From Acidobacteriota bacterium (GTDB taxonomy: Bacteria > Acidobacteriota > UBA6911 > RPQK01 > JAJDTT01): a DNA stretch of 64,000 nt. Below are positions 61,887 through 64,000 of the stretch, piece by piece. Numbering within the stretch: the stretch's first letter is position 1; each line of letters opens with the position of its first letter. Made by a program: the position numbers and the translations under genes. Under the pieces are notes generated by a model, which searched no databases, was not told where the DNA came from, and was given only the letters and a program-made list of their open reading frames with translations. Where the stretch lies: NCBI GenBank assembly GCA_965217775.1, contig CBDCJH010000002.1:6048001-6112000 (forward strand), in the 5' to 3' direction.

Positions 61887-63310
61887 CGAAGCATCGGGCC
61901 GACGTCGTGGTCGTCGGAGCCGGACCTGGAGGTTATGCGGCCGCGTTTCGGGCGGCCGATCTGGGCCTTCAGGTGGTGATGCTGGATGCCCGGGGACGGC
62001 CCGGAGGCGTCTGTCTTCACGACGGGTGCATCCCCTCCAAGACCCTGCTCCACGTGTCGGACCTCCTGACCCGGATTCGCGAGGCGGATCGGCTGGGCAT
62101 CGAGGTCGGGGAGCCGAGGGTGAATCTGGACCGGCTCCGGTCCTGGAAACGCTCGGTCATCGACCGTCTCGCGTCCGGAGTCGCCCACCTGGCCCGCCAG
62201 CGAGGCGTGCGGATGATCTGGGGGCGAGCTCGATTCTTGAGGTCGGGCAGACTGGCGGTCAGCGGAGAGGATTCCGCGGAGATCGACTTTTCCCACGCTG
62301 TCCTGGCCACAGGCTCGCGGCCCGTGGCCTTGCCCGGAATGCCGCTCGGCAGCCCCCGCCTCTTGGACTCAACCACGGCGCTCGACCTGGAGACGATTCC
62401 CGAGAGCCTGCTGGTGATCGGCGGGGGGTACATCGGCCTGGAACTGGGGACCGTCTACGCGGCTCTGGGAAGCCGGGTCACGGTGGTGGAGATGTTGGAC
62501 GGCCTGCTTCCCGGCGTGGACCGGGATCTGGTCCGGCCTCTGGAGAAACGGATCCGGAGTCACTTTGAAGCGGTTCATCTACGAAGCCGGGTCGGGCGCG
62601 TGCGGGAAATCGAGGACGGACTGGAGGTGGAGCTGGAATTGCCGGGTGAAACGGTTACACGCCGCTTCGACCAGGTGCTGGTGGCCGTGGGCCGGCGTCC
62701 GAATTCGGAGGGACTGGGCCTGGAGAATACGGGAGTGACGGTCGACGCCCAGGGCTTCATCCGGACGGACACACAGTGCCGGACCGACGATCCGACGATC
62801 TTCGCCATCGGCGACGTGGCCGGCCAGCCCATGCTGGCTCACAAGGCCACCAGGGAGGCCAAAGTGGCCGCCGAGGTCATCGTGGGCGTGGAGTCCGGTT
62901 TCGAGCCGGAGGCGATTCCGGCCGTGGTGTTCACCGATCCCGAGGTGGCCTGGTGCGGCCTCACCGAAGCGGAAGCCAAGGCCACCGGCCAGGAGGTCCG
63001 CGTGTTGCGGTTCCCTTGGGCGGCTTCGGGCCGGGCCCTGACCATGGGGAGGTCCGAGGGCATGACCAAGCTGATTCTCGAGCCCGACTCGGGGCAGGTC
63101 CTGGGGGTGGGCATCGTGGGAGTCCACGCCGGTGAGCTCATAGCGGAGGGGGTGGCGGCCATCGAGATGGCGGCTCTGGCGGAGGATCTGACGCTCTTCA
63201 TTCATGCTCATCCCACGCTTTCGGAGACCTTGGGAGAGGCGGCGGAGTTCTTCCTGGGTCAGCCCACGCACCTGTTTCGCCGGCCGAGGAGGCGGGGGGG
63301 CGATTTCTAG
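61877..63310 (+). CDS. lpdA: Dihydrolipoyl dehydrogenase
   Basis: GAGPGGY, GGVCLHDGCIPSK, GGGYIG, HAHPTLSE. Confidence 0.95.
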   Translation: MELAKHRADVVVVGAGPGGYAAAFRAADLGLQVVMLDARGRPGGVCLHDGCIPSKTLLHVSDLLTRIREADRLGIEVGEPRVNLDRLRSWKRSVIDRLASGVAHLARQRGVRMIWGRARFLRSGRLAVSGEDSAEIDFSHAVLATGSRPVALPGMPLGSPRLLDSTTALDLETIPESLLVIGGGYIGLELGTVYAALGSRVTVVEMLDGLLPGVDRDLVRPLEKRIRSHFEAVHLRSRVGRVREIEDGLEVELELPGETVTRRFDQVLVAVGRRPNSEGLGLENTGVTVDAQGFIRTDTQCRTDDPTIFAIGDVAGQPMLAHKATREAKVAAEVIVGVESGFEPEAIPAVVFTDPEVAWCGLTEAEAKATGQEVRVLRFPWAASGRALTMGRSEGMTKLILEPDSGQVLGVGIVGVHAGELIAEGVAAIEMAALAEDLTLFIHAHPTLSETLGEAAEFFLGQPTHLFRRPRRRGGDF

Positions 63311-63403
63311 TCGCCCGGTCACCGAGTTGTTGTGGATTGGGAGGTGGGCCACTGGGCGACTAGAAATCGCCCCACCTGTTCGGCGGTTGGAAACCGCCGC
63401 TCC
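63293..63403. repeat. REP-like cluster: inverted pair plus a third-type palindrome
   Basis: gggcgatttctagtcgccc .. gggcgactagaaatcgccc .. cggcggttggaaaccgccg. Confidence 0.75.
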
Positions 63404-63471
63404 GCCGGTTTGCCTTGCGTCGGCGTTCAGGAGTATTTTTGGAGCCGCTTCCAAGAAAGGAACGATCCACC

Positions 63472-64000
63472 ATGGGAGAGAGTCACGACAGCTTTGGCTG
63501 CCGATCCAAACTGACGACAGGGAACGTCGAAGCCGATTATTTCGATCTCACGTCGCTGGAGCGCCGTGGAGTGGGCCGCGTCTCGCGGCTCCCCTTCTGC
63601 ATGAAGATCCTGCTGGAGAATCTGCTCCGGCATGAGGACGGCGTCACGGTGACCGCCGGGGACGTGGCGAGTCTGGCCGATTGGGATCCGGCCGCCGCTT
63701 CCCAGCCCGAGATCGCCTTCCGCCCGGCCCGGGTTCTGCTGCAGGACTTCACCGGAGTTCCCGCGGTCGTCGACCTGGCGGCGATGCGGGACGCCATGAT
63801 CGGGATGGGCGGGGACCCGGACCGGATCAACCCTCTGGTCCCGGCCGAGTTGGTCATCGACCACTCGGTTCAGGTCGACTCCTTCGGAACCCGCCGTTCC
63901 TTCAGGTTCAACGTGGAGAGGGAGTTTCAGCGCAATCTGGAACGCTATGCCTTTCTGCGCTGGGGCCAGGCCGCGTTCGACAACTTCCGGGTCGTCCCCC
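63472..64000 (+). CDS. acnA: Aconitate hydratase A, partial
   Basis: RLPFCMKILLENLLR, ARVLLQDFTGVPAVVDLAAMR, ELVIDHSVQVD; runs off the window. Confidence 0.95.
   Translation, partial: MGESHDSFGCRSKLTTGNVEADYFDLTSLERRGVGRVSRLPFCMKILLENLLRHEDGVTVTAGDVASLADWDPAAASQPEIAFRPARVLLQDFTGVPAVVDLAAMRDAMIGMGGDPDRINPLVPAELVIDHSVQVDSFGTRRSFRFNVEREFQRNLERYAFLRWGQAAFDNFRVVP

Overview
High-GC bacterial window, probably an Acidobacteria-like lineage (inferred from the TrbI-like, Kelch, BNR and Tat-exported hydrolase repertoire). It opens with a type I restriction locus (frameshifted AlbA/RecG-like regulator, hsdR, M48 peptidase), followed by a degraded diverged duplicate carrying three copies of a 158-159 bp MITE. 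Next come sugar-oxidation genes, four tandem secreted double-Cache proteins, envelope-modification genes, hisG/hisI and tandem phoD genes. A complete group II intron sits exactly inside a REP-like palindrome array. The rest holds MORN-like repeat proteins, an eroded defence island (type 3 BREX remnants, TA modules), a lone tRNA-Ile, lpdA and the start of acnA. Most notable: (i) a MITE whose 158+4 bp insertion preserves frame and adds 54 aa to a protein; (ii) a group II intron whose putative EBS1 matches the host REP; (iii) 11-bp tandem repeats that set the reading frame of HTH modules upstream of hsdR; (iv) a stand-alone Cache array with variable N-terminal and conserved C-terminal domains; (v) a phoD paralogue that took its N-terminus from the neighbouring gene. 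All family calls are motif recognition by eye; no database searches were run.
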